A program made the position numbers and the translations under genes. 64,000 bases of DNA, taken from assembly GCA_050084985.1 (NCBI GenBank), contig JBITNC010000001.1, positions 34,348,001 through 34,412,000 on the forward strand, read 5' to 3'. Position 1 is the first letter of the stretch. The number at the start of each line of letters is the position of its first letter. The notes under the pieces were generated by a model. The model was not told the origin of the DNA. It ran no database searches and was given only the letters and a program-made list of their open reading frames with translations. Of the stretch, positions 13,101 through 25,100 are shown piece after piece. This stretch comes from Nageia nagi (taxonomy: Eukaryota > Plantae > Pinophyta).

Positions 13101-16100
13101 CAAGCTTAGTAGATGCAGAACTTTGGACCCTCATATTCGACGATTCAAGATCCAATGAAGGAAGCGGTGCAGGAGTTGAATTGCAAAGTCCAAAGAACAA
13201 GAAGTACCATGCATCCTATAGATTGCAATTCCATATAAAGCTCTCATACATGGTCTAAAACTGGCTTTAATCAAGAAGATCAAGCATTTGCAAGTAGTGG
13301 GAGATTCAGAGTTAGCGGTAAAGCAAGTTAGACGAATATACACTTGCAAAGACCCTAGGTTGCATCAGTACAGAATCAAAGTATGGGATTTGCTCGATAG
13401 TTTTGAGTCTTTCAACATCCGAGTGGTTCCCAAGAAATAGAACCAAGTAGCCGATGCTTTAGCCATTGCTGCCAATACTGTGCAACCATTACAAAATACT
13501 AAACTTAGAAGGTTCACCATTGAGATAGTGCCAACACCCTCCATTCCAAATAACATCATCAATTTCCAGGTGTTCAGCAATGATCAACAGATACTAGCAT
13601 TCATGGTCATTAAAGGGGTGTTTGCTTCCAAAATAATAGCTGAAGATCAGCCAAAGTCAGATGAAGAAGAATCAAAAGACCTCAGCGACGGAGTGATTCA
13701 ACTAAAGACTAACAAAATGCCAAGAGGAATTGTTTCTCTCGATAGAATGTTTGATCCAAATATGATCCACGATGAAAGGGTAACCAATCGCATTGATATT
13801 GAACAAGTAGATGAGATTAACATTGGTACCCATGTAGATGTAAAGAATATCTTGAACCGGTCAAGAACAGAAGAAGATCATTGAGGTAATCTGACAATAC
13901 ATTGATATCGTAGCATGGAAGTATGAACAGATCAGAACATATAATCTCGAGATTATCACTCATACTATCCCACTCAAAGCTGGAGCCACACCATTTCGGC
14001 AGAGGTAGAGGCAAGTGAATGCACTACTAGAGCCAATAATTTAAGAGGTTCAAAAATTAGCACAATCAAGGATCGTCTACCCAGTAAGACATTCATCTTG
14101 GGTGGCTAATATTGTACCCGTTCATAATAAAGAATGGAGAGATAAGGATCTGCATCGACTTCAGGCATTTAAACCACCCATCAGAAAAGTATAATTATCC
14201 TTTACCTTCTCTTGGCGAAGTATTGCTAATAGTCAACGAATAAATGATGATGTATTTCTTAGATGGCTATTCAGGATACAATCAGATTCTGGTCACCAGG
14301 AAAGATCAGTTGAAGACTGCATTCACGACCAAGTGGGGAACCTTCGCATATAGTCGGATGCGATTCGGACTAATCAATGCTAGTGCAACATTCAAACGAG
14401 CGATGGACTTAGCATTCAAAGGGTAATGGGGAAGAAAATCATCATTTACATGAATGATTTGATAGTCTTCTCTAAGGAAAGGGACTCACGCATAGAAGAC
14501 CTGAGGAATATTTTCCATAGATGCCAAGAGTTCAGCATATCCTTAAATCCTACGAAGTGTATCTTTGGCACTTCGAAAGGAAAGGTCTTGGGTCATATTA
14601 TTTCAAAACATGGCATTTTAATAGATCCAGACAAAGTAGGTGCAATACAAAGGATCACCTACCCATCACGTTTGAAGGATGTAAGATCGTTCATGGGAAA
14701 GATCAACTTTGTCCGAAAGTTCATTTCAGGTTTTCGGAAATCGTTAAGCCCATTAACGATATGCTCAAGAAGAATGCTAAGATAGTATGGAGCCCAAAAG
14801 CGAGAAAGGCCTTTCAAGATATCAAGGATGCTATTTCATCGGAACCCATCTTGACTAGCCCAGATTACAAGAAACCCTTCTATCTTTATACTTTTGCTTT
14901 TGATCATTCACTTGCTAGAGTACTCACATAGAGAAATTAAGAGTATCAAGAAAAGCCGATTGTTTTTATGAGTGCACCTTTGAAGGATGCCGAATTAAGA
15001 TATCATGTCGTAGATAAGCAAGCTTATGCATTAGTAAGAACCACAAAGAAGGTTCGACACTACATCCTTCGCAATGAGATAATTGCCATAGTGTCGGATT
15101 CAGCAGTAAAAAATCTCCTTGCTCAGTATGAACTTGGAGATAAGAGAGGCAATTGGGTGTCTGCACTCCTCGAGTATGACTTAACGATGCAGCCCATGAA
15201 AATCGTCAAAGGGCACATCCTAGCACAAGCCCTTGCCGGTTACAAAGAAGATGCAGTTACCAGCAATAAAGATGACACTCAAGAGAATTATGCTATAGGC
15301 CATGACCATAATACAATGATACAATCTCCTGAAGGATCATGGTATACAAATATTGTACAATACCTCACTTCAAGATCATACCCATTAGGTATGGGTATCG
15401 CACAGAGAAGAGCTTTGAGATATAGAGTATTCAATAATATGATCAAAGCTGGTAACTTATTTAGAAGAAACTACAATGGAATTTACTTGAGGTTTGTCAA
15501 AAAGGATCAAGCCAATGACAAACTCAAACAATTCCATGATCAAGAGAACAAAATAGGACATGCTGCTAGAAATGTGTTAGTCCATCAAATACTTTGAGCC
15601 GAATACTATTGGCCCATCATGTTTAAAGATGCCCATCAGTATGCAAAGACATGTCACATATGCCAAACCACAATCAAAGGAGAGAAAAGCTCTAGTATGC
15701 CACTTCAACCAATCCTGGAATCTAATTCATTTGCCAAATGGGGACTAGAGTTTGTTGGGGTTATCAATCCTAACTCGTCTAGTGGCCACCAATTCATCCT
15801 AACGGAAACCGATTATTGCACAAGATGAACAAAAGCTCAAGCCTATAAAAATGCGACCATAGAAGTTGTCATTCATTTCATCGAGGAATTCATAGTTACA
15901 AGATTCAGAGTACCATACTCCCTTGTATGCGACAACAGTTCAAGGTTCATAAGCCACATACTGTCAAAATGGGCATATGACCACCGCATACTTATAAGCT
16001 ACTCATCAAATTATTATCCGCAAGGAAATGGAGTAGCTGAATCTACAAACAAGACCCTGTTGATGGTGATAAAGTGACTCCTCGATCATAATCCGAGAGA

Positions 16101-19100
16101 TTGGCACAACAAGTTGAAATATGCTTTATGGTCAAATCAGATCAAGCTAAAGAAGTCCTTGGGTACCAATCCTTTCCATTTGGTATACGGAACCAAGGAT
16201 GGTACCTTGCAATTCATGAAGGATTACGTGTACACCGATGAAGTAATGGAACCAAGGATGGTAGAACTTTTACAACTGGAAGAAAAAAGAGAACAAGCAC
16301 TCTCGAACATGAGTCAGCATCAACAGATAACCAAAAGATGGTTCGACAACAATGCACAATTCAAAACATTCCACCTCTCTAATCTAGTTCTAATATGGGA
16401 CAAAGCCCATGAAGATAAGGGGAAGCATGCCCACAAAGATAAGGGGAAGCATGCCCACAAAGATAAGGGGAAGCATGCCAAATTTGATAAATTGTGGCTA
16501 GGCCCATTCCAAATCTCAACACTGGTAGGACAAAACATATTCAGACTCAAGCGTCTTACAAGCGAGGACTTGCCATTACCAATGAAGGGCAAGCATTTAA
16601 AACACTATTTCCAAGCTTAAGAGCAAGAAGATTGTACCAGCAGTGTAAATAGGTCCCATTGTTTTCTGCTTTAGTTTTTCAATTGCGGATGCATTCAATT
16701 TAGGGTTTTGTGAAGTACAACGGGATACATGAGCATTTCAAGGCTCGTAAACTGACAATGGTTCACTACCAATCGGTGAAAATCCAAAACTAAGCTACTT
16801 TCATCAAAGAAAACTGAACTCAGGAACTATTTGTTCCAACTCAAAGACTATAGTTGGAACAGACACTTTGGATGATACTAACCGATTATCTAATGTAATA
16901 GGTACTGACAATGGCACCCTGTCAATTGGTGAAAATCCAAATAATAGAGGGTCTTCAAAATCATAAATAATGGGGGCAAGAACATATCATGATAGTGTGA
17001 TCAAACATGTGCCTATTGAGAAACAAAGTTTGAGCCATCCGTCATCAAAGGAAATTTTGTTGGCTATTGTGAGCACTCAAAAGAATTATCAAATTGATAT
17101 TCATGCACATTAAAATATTGTAGTTAGTAGGGATGTGAAGTTTGTTCAATATGCTTGGTCCTCAAACCTCATGAAACTCCCATGGAGGTCAAGGAAAACA
17201 ATTAGCTCACTAGTCGAAGTTCATATCAGCAAAGTACAATTGTCCAAAATAGAGATCAACCTACTTCTAGGAAAGTTGATGACACATCATCTTCATCCAA
17301 AACCGATAGAGAACCTAAATGGCTTATGTTGTGACTTGCGCAGGGGACCCACTGCAACTCAGGTCTACACAATGTTATGTCCTCATCTTGAGTATTCGAA
17401 AGCTTCACCAACCTGGTTATCACGCCTATCATCCCTAGTGTGATGAACCAAAATGTAATTTGGATACAAAATAGGCAAATTCAACCTCAATCACCATGAC
17501 ATCAAACCTAAGGCATCCACAACAACCATTCAAACCCTCAAGATGGCAACGTTAGGGTAAGGGCATCAATATTCCACATGCATAACATTAATATACCCAC
17601 GTCCTACTAGAACATGCAATATTCAATCAACAATACACCACAATCCCAACGTCTATAATAAATATAAGCATATACAACAATGATGATCCAACGCATGCAT
17701 AAGATGAATAAACACAACACTAGTATGAGATACAATTGCCCTTGGCAATATAAAAATGATATGGAATGATGCAATACAATACCAAGCCCAGGAGGGCTAA
17801 CGTTGGCCTCTCAAGAGGCAACTAGGGCACAATACAAATATCCTCTAACTGGAACAATATTGGCACCATGGACAGTACGCTCCCTCAGAACCTGAATCCT
17901 CTCCATCGAAGGAACCCTCCTCTGATCCTGGATAACCAACTAAATGGTAGACGCAATACCTCAAAATACCACTGAGTGGGCAATGGCACTGCGTCAATGC
18001 CATAGACAGACAAGATCCCTCAGCCTGAATGCCCTCTAGACATTGCGCCTAGGAAGGTTGCTTATCACCGCTAAGACTTGTGGTCCTCTAAAAGGTATGA
18101 AAGTATAATAATAATCAAGCATATCCAGTAATGAGGCTCCAATGTCCTTTTATAACACTTGGCTAGATCTGGATCTCAACTAGGAATCATTCCTAGCTCC
18201 TCTAATCCAACGTTAGCCTCCAAGAGGGCCCAGAATGCCTAACGTGGGTGCCTAGGGGTCAAGCATGCCAACATGGGGGCCCTGAATGTCATAAATGCCA
18301 ACGTGGGGATCTGGAGTGCCATGCATGCCCAATGTAGGCCTAGAAGCCATGCGTGGGCGCTAGGTGTCATCATGGGCCAATGTGGGGGTCTAGGAGTCTC
18401 CCTAAGGCTGGTGCATGTATACAAGTGCTCATCCATCCAAGTGCTAAATAGACCTTGGGATTCCCACAATCATGATCGGGATCTCCAAGTACATTAAAAC
18501 ACCTATTCTATGCTTGGGAGGAAGACTTCCCACTTGGGGCTCACAATGGGGTCCATTGACCCATTAAGTCTTCTATCCCAAGTATTAACTTAAAGTACAA
18601 AGCAATAATAAATATATTACAAAAGGGATATTACACCTAGCCTAAGTGATGTTGTCCATCTAATCTTAGCCATGTCAAAACAAAGGTCAAAATCCTTCAA
18701 AAAATGACTAAGTCTAGAAATCATAAGTCAAGTTTAGGCAAAGTAGAGGAAACCAAGTCAAGTCCAAGCCAAGCCAAGTGAAACTGGGCCACCCCAAGCC
18801 CCAGTGCATGCTTCAAAAAGACAAAATTTTGTCTTTTTGAGACATGCACCTGGAACCAAGAGCTGCCCAAGTTGGAATAAAGGTCGAAAGGAGCAAGCTA
18901 GAGCAATTTCAAGCCAAGCACATGCCTCCAAAAGATAAATTGTTGTCTTTCTGGACATGAGCCTAGATCAGGAGGCCACCTGGGATGAGTTCGAGGATCA
19001 AGAATCAAAGGTAAGACACCCAAGGGTTGAGCACATGGTTTCAAAAGACAAAATCTTCTCTTTCTGGGACGTGCCCTCAAGGCAAGAGGAGGTTGTCCAA

Positions 19101-22100
19101 GTTGAGCTTGAAGTGAAATCTGGCTAAGGCACGGACTTTTCAAACCAACATCCACCTCAGACAGAACCAAGAGAGCAGGCGCACAATTTCAAAAGACAAA
19201 ATCTTGTCTTTCTGTGGCATGCACTTGGCCTAGGCAGACTAATTCCAGAAAAATGTAAAAATCTGGATAAGTCCCACTTGCTAAGGCCCCGAAACATGTC
19301 AAACTCGGCAAGAGCAACCCAACACATGATTTCAAAAGACAAAATCTTGTCTTTCTGGAACATGCGCTCAAACTAGCACAACTGGAGAGTTGGGCACATG
19401 ATTTCAAAAGACAAAATCTTGTCACTTTGGAGCATGCGCCTGGCTTGCTAGGAGTTTTGGAGTTGTTCGAAGGTGAAATCTAGCAACCCTGAGCATTAGA
19501 AAATACAAATCTGGATGATGCAAGGTCAAAGTGGGCAAGTTGAAGAGCCAAGATGACATGTGTGAGAAGGGCATGAGGCTCCCAGTTGAGTGCATGCTTC
19601 AAAAAGACAAAATCTTAACTTCTATAGCATGTGCATAGCCAAGGAAGAGCTCAAGTAGAAGAGAAAGGTGAAATTTTGGCTGTCTCATACTCGAAGGTCC
19701 TAAACAAGCAAATTTGGGGATCAAGAGGCATGCGCTCAAGCTAGGATGACTGGAAGGATGGGCATACATGTGACCAAATTGGGGAGACTAGCAAACTAGG
19801 CGCATTGAAAAAAAAGACAATCTTGACTTTTTCTGGCATGCTCCAAGTTCATGTAGGCAAAGAAAGTCTGTCGCATCCGAAAAAAATGACAAGATTGTGA
19901 CTTTTTTTAGCATGCTTCAAGCTTGGAAAGGCTTCAGGAAGTGTTTGAGGTGAAATCTAGAGGAGCTTAGGCCTAGGAGAAGGTGAAGTCACGAAGATCT
20001 TGAGTAAAAGAGGCACGCGCCCAAGATGGCCAAATTTCAAAGATGAGGTCCCAGGCCATCACAGTGATACATGCAGGCTACTGGATTGCCCTCGCAAATG
20101 CCAAAAGGTGCTAAAAGGTGAACAGGTCAAGTCAAGCATTATAGATGCAGAGAAGATAGACAAGTACGAGTATACTTGAAGAACATAGGGCCGTTGTGTT
20201 GCAGTCACAACAATTTTATTTTTATTGCAATTTATTTTAAATTTGGATTCCTAAGACTCATTAAATTTTGTATAGCCTTGTGACGGATAAGGATTTGCTC
20301 CCACAAATGCTGGAATAAATCTTGTAGCGCCATGTGGCAAATTTTCATTGGACCACTTTTTAATTTTCTTGAAATTAGCATTAGGATCAAGGCAACACTA
20401 AGAGTTGTCATGAAAAACTATTTATACCCCTTGAATGCTCATTTATAAAGGGGGGGGTTAGACATTTGGCAATTTCGAAAAGAACTTTGCATGCCTAATA
20501 CATAAAAACTTCTTTTAAAATTGTTGATGTGGTGTATTTGTATTTGACTATTTTCATATGCCCTTATGTTATGATAATGAATATGAATGAATGATGATAG
20601 TACTATCTAGTTGATTCTATTGTTGTTTTGTGTTGTTTCATTTCACTTGGAGTATTTCGTAAACCTTAAGCAAGGTGGACGAAAGAGTGCTTGCAAATCT
20701 TTCAAAGTGGTTGAGTAACATATTGTTAGCAATACTTTATCATCTGCAATTAAGGCTTGAATATTTTGGAATGTCTTGTTCATGTCACTCACTGTAGGAA
20801 CTTCACCCTAATCGCCAAAGATTACCTCCATCCCATCCTTCACTATCTTTGCCACAAATTCACGCTCCATCCACTAGACCATTCGTATTGTTGGCTGGTG
20901 GGACGGATCCGGGGTGTGTGGAACCTACGTCGAGCCCAAACAAGTCGACTTCCAAGGCCTTATCCAAGCCCGTGAGTACGCATGCACATTAGTCTCATCC
21001 TTTTACCCACAGTCTCTCCACCACTTTTCCTTTTATTTTACATTTTCTTTGCATGGATTTCACACATTTGTTTAGCCTTATTATAAACAATCTCACCTAG
21101 TTACGGGTATAAATCCGAGTCCCTTGATCCACAAATCATATTTGTGTTGGTGGCACCATTAAAAATCTCAACAGTCCCTTGAGTCTTACTCTTGCAAATC
21201 TAAGAGGAGTGACCTTTGGGGTAAACAGTCCCCATTGATTCCAAATGGTTGTACAAGATTAAGCATGCAATAGATGGAAGCATTGAGGAGCACAACACTC
21301 GCATTGTAGAAATAGGATTTTCCCAAAAAGAGGGAATTGATCATAATGAGACTTTTTCTCCAATTGATAGATATACCTCTCTCAAAGTCATTTTATCTTT
21401 GGCTTCATGCTTTGATTGGTCCTTTTATCATATGGACATATACACTACTTTTCTAAATGGCATGAATGAACAGTAGATATACATAAATCAATCAAAAGGT
21501 TTTGAGATCCATGGGTGAGATACCAATGTAGCAAATCAAGAAAAGTCCTTTATAGGCTGAAGCAAGCACCATGGGCTGCTTGTGGCCGTATTGATGAGTA
21601 CTTTAGCAAGATGGGGTTTTTCAAGACTAGTGTTAATTCTAATCTTTATTTCTTGATTGAAAATTTTGATCTACTTGTTTCAATACTTTATTTGGATGAC
21701 CAAATCATTACTAGCAATTCTAATGTGCTTGTTTCATGGTGTGATGATCTAAAATCACCCTCAGCAAAAACAATTCAACCTAGGACATTCAAACCCTCAA
21801 CCAATGATGCAAACACACCCAGTTGGGCCCCTAGGGCACCCAAGCCCACTACAATGCAAGCATGAGCCTCCCAAGGCTTCCACGTGACCCCTACACCCTG
21901 ACATCAACCCTCTAGGGCACTATCCAACACTTGGCATCTCAACGAATGCCTCACAATTGAATATGCAATGCTTGAACACCCACGAATGCAACACAAATTA
22001 AACAACAAAAGAACGAAGCTTCCAACACCAGTATATAAGATACACAACACATACAATGGACAACACAATGATGAGAGACGCAATATGTAATTTATTATGG

Positions 22101-25100
22101 TATGGAGATGGAGTACAATGAGGATCTCAACAGATCAAATCTAGGGTTCCAAACCCTTACAAGCCGAACATACAAATGGGATTAGACTCACTCCCTCAGC
22201 TACCCAAATCCCCTCCTGCAAAGGAGTCTCCTCGAATACTAGCAACCACTGAAGGTAGAAGCTTGTCCTCGGAATTCTACCAGATGGGCTAGGTGACCCA
22301 CCTAAGTCGTAGAATGTCAGGCTCCCAACCCTGCCACTCCTCTAGACCCCGTCTAGGAATAATGCTTAGCGTCACCAAGACTTGAATGCCCAACTAGGTT
22401 CGGTATAGAAGTATAATCAATAGCTAACCTCATCATGGAGTTCCATCCTCAATATATAGCCTCTCGTGTCCATCTATCATGCCTCATTATCATCCCAAGC
22501 CAAGTCTAATCCAATGTTGGGGTCAACAGGTCAACCATGCCAACATGGGGGTCATATTGGCCCAGTATGCTAACGTGGGGGTCCCATGGGCCCAGTATGT
22601 CAACATGGGGGTCATAAAAGCCCTCAAGGCTGACATGGGGTCTAATGAGCCTCCTAAGCTGACGTGGGGGCCAAGTAGCCGCATAAGCCAATGTGGGGTA
22701 TGTGGGGCCCTCCCAACACTAGTATGCTCCTCTGTGCACTCTAGACTATATAAGACTCATGCCTATCTAGGGATTCCCACAATCTGGGATAACCCATTAC
22801 AATTAACACAACACTACTCAAGGAGAGACGTCCCATTACTGGGCTCACAGTGGGGTTTGCAAACCATAAGCTCCTGCTTGAGTTACATAAGTACAACATG
22901 ACCCTAAACAAACACTAGAATACAAAGTGACCATGATACATTTTATCATTCGTCAAAATGGGATGTCACACATGGTGCAACATATGAAGGATATTGAGTT
23001 GTTACATAACTTTTTGGGATTGGAGGTTTGGCAAGTTGCAGATAAAGTCTTCATTGGAAAAGGAAAGTATACTTTAGAGATTTGAAGCAATTTTAGACCC
23101 TAGATAGACAATAAGCCCATGTCTAGTCCTATGATTCCAAATCTAAAATTGACTTGTAATGAGTCAAATTTGGTTGGTTCCTACTCTTTATATATAGTTG
23201 ATTTTCAGACTTGATATGTGTTATGCGGTCAATACCTGGAGCCTCTTCATGGTTGGGACTAGACAGTATCATTGGAAGGTTGTCGAGCATGTGATTATAT
23301 AATTGAAGGGCATTATGCATTATGGCATGTACTACTTAGGAAATGGTGATGTTCTACTTCATGGATTTGTAGATGCAAATTAAGCAAGAAATGTGGGCAT
23401 ATAATGAAGTATTATAGACATAACTTAAACATGATCAATCTCATGGATTCTCATACATTCACAATGGAGCCAAATACATTCATCATAAACCAGCAACAAT
23501 ATTTAGTAATGGAGCCAAATCATAAACATGTTCACACATTCATAGATCTGCAACATCAACATAAAATGGATCTAAATAATAAGCTTTATTCATGTTCAAA
23601 TGGAGAGATACATTACAACATCTAGTTTGCAAAAGTCCTCATAATGCATCAAGTATGGATCTCATAGATTGACTACAAATCCTTCTCCATTCTACTTCAC
23701 ACTACATGCTAAACGCTAATTTAAACTTGCAAATGGAAACTTAAAGAACATTTCCAAATGTAAACTACTCAAACTATCCTTCAAATAATTTATGACATGT
23801 GGAATTTGTTCCCCTTACAAATATAAAATATATAAACCATTTTTGTCTTCTACATTTAACACCTAAATAATATCACTTTGATAATATTTCCAACATTCTC
23901 CCCCTTGATGCTGGAAGAACTCAAGGAGGAGTTTTTGGAAGCATCAACAATAGAGTGAAAGAGATTTTTTGCACCTCTTCCAAATTTGTATCAAAATTGT
24001 AGAAGTTGAAAATATTGTTTGGATCATGGCACCCACAACACTTCCACTCTTCAAACTCTTCCATCATGCTTGATAAACCCTGCAAATAAAATCTCAAAAA
24101 ACAAGGTGCCTTTTGATGACAAACTCCCCCTTCATCAAAAAACTTCACTTTCACAACAATTCACATTCACATCAAAAATGCTCCATTAGCAATCAACATA
24201 AAACTCAGCCAAGAAAAAACTATTCACACCTTCAGATTTCACCGAACAAATATTTGCAACCTTTAAAAGTTCTTTGTAGAACAATTTTACCACTTGTTGC
24301 TCTTCAACACAACAAAAAGCACAATTGAAATTTTTTACAGAAGAAAACAAAATTGCAATTTTTGTCATTCTTACAAACTTGCTTGAATGCACCAACTTAG
24401 CATTTCTCTTCATCAACATATTGTCCTTCAACACAATATTACTTTCCAACAAAGTCTTGGCCTTCAACAACGAATACACAGCCATAAAATGACTGTCCTT
24501 CAACATAAAAATGTAGTTTTGCACATAGTGACCAGCCATAAAAAATGTCTTTTCACATAAAACTCAGCCATCTCCCACACAAAGAAAAATTCTTTCTCAA
24601 CAACATTTTCAATACCACAATACTGAAAATACTCAAAACTTGAAAACATCATTTTGCATTTTTGTTGAGCTTTCAAAAGCTCCATGAAGTTCTTGAACTC
24701 CACAATAAGAACACAAGGGGAAGCACTTCAAAATTTGCACAACATATTCTTGACACAACCGAAATCAGCAACCTTGTTTCTCAAATATGCACAAAACTTC
24801 TTGTAAAGCTCACAAATATCACAAGCACAAATTACACCTCTTACAAAGAGATGCCTCAACCAACAGAAGCTTTCAAAACAGTCCACAAAATTGTCCACAA
24901 TCTTTATTTGTGCTATAAAATTAACATTCTCCTTCACACAAACAAGAGCTCTACAAGATTCCTCTACACACAATGCTTCTTCATTCAATTTTGCCTCTTC
25001 AACAAGCAAAAAATCAAGAATAGTGCAAATCATTTTTACCTCTCTTTCTCATCAACCAAATCTGATCCAACACCCCATTTTGGACCACCATCAAAGATCT

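Larger units (their letters stand above)
17327..21227 (+). mobile_element. LTR-like element family A, copy 2 (no ORF)
   Basis: TGTTGTGACT...GGGTAAACA termini interrupt copia pol; palindrome array; TATA-like region ~20418-20450; no matching TSD. Confidence 0.75.

Noticed and set aside
18804-19915. CRISPR array interpretation of the palindrome-spacer arrays (also 3771-6793)
   Set aside because: The context is a eukaryotic TE, spacing is irregular (70-210 bp), repeats are degenerate, some spacers resemble each other, and there are no cas genes.
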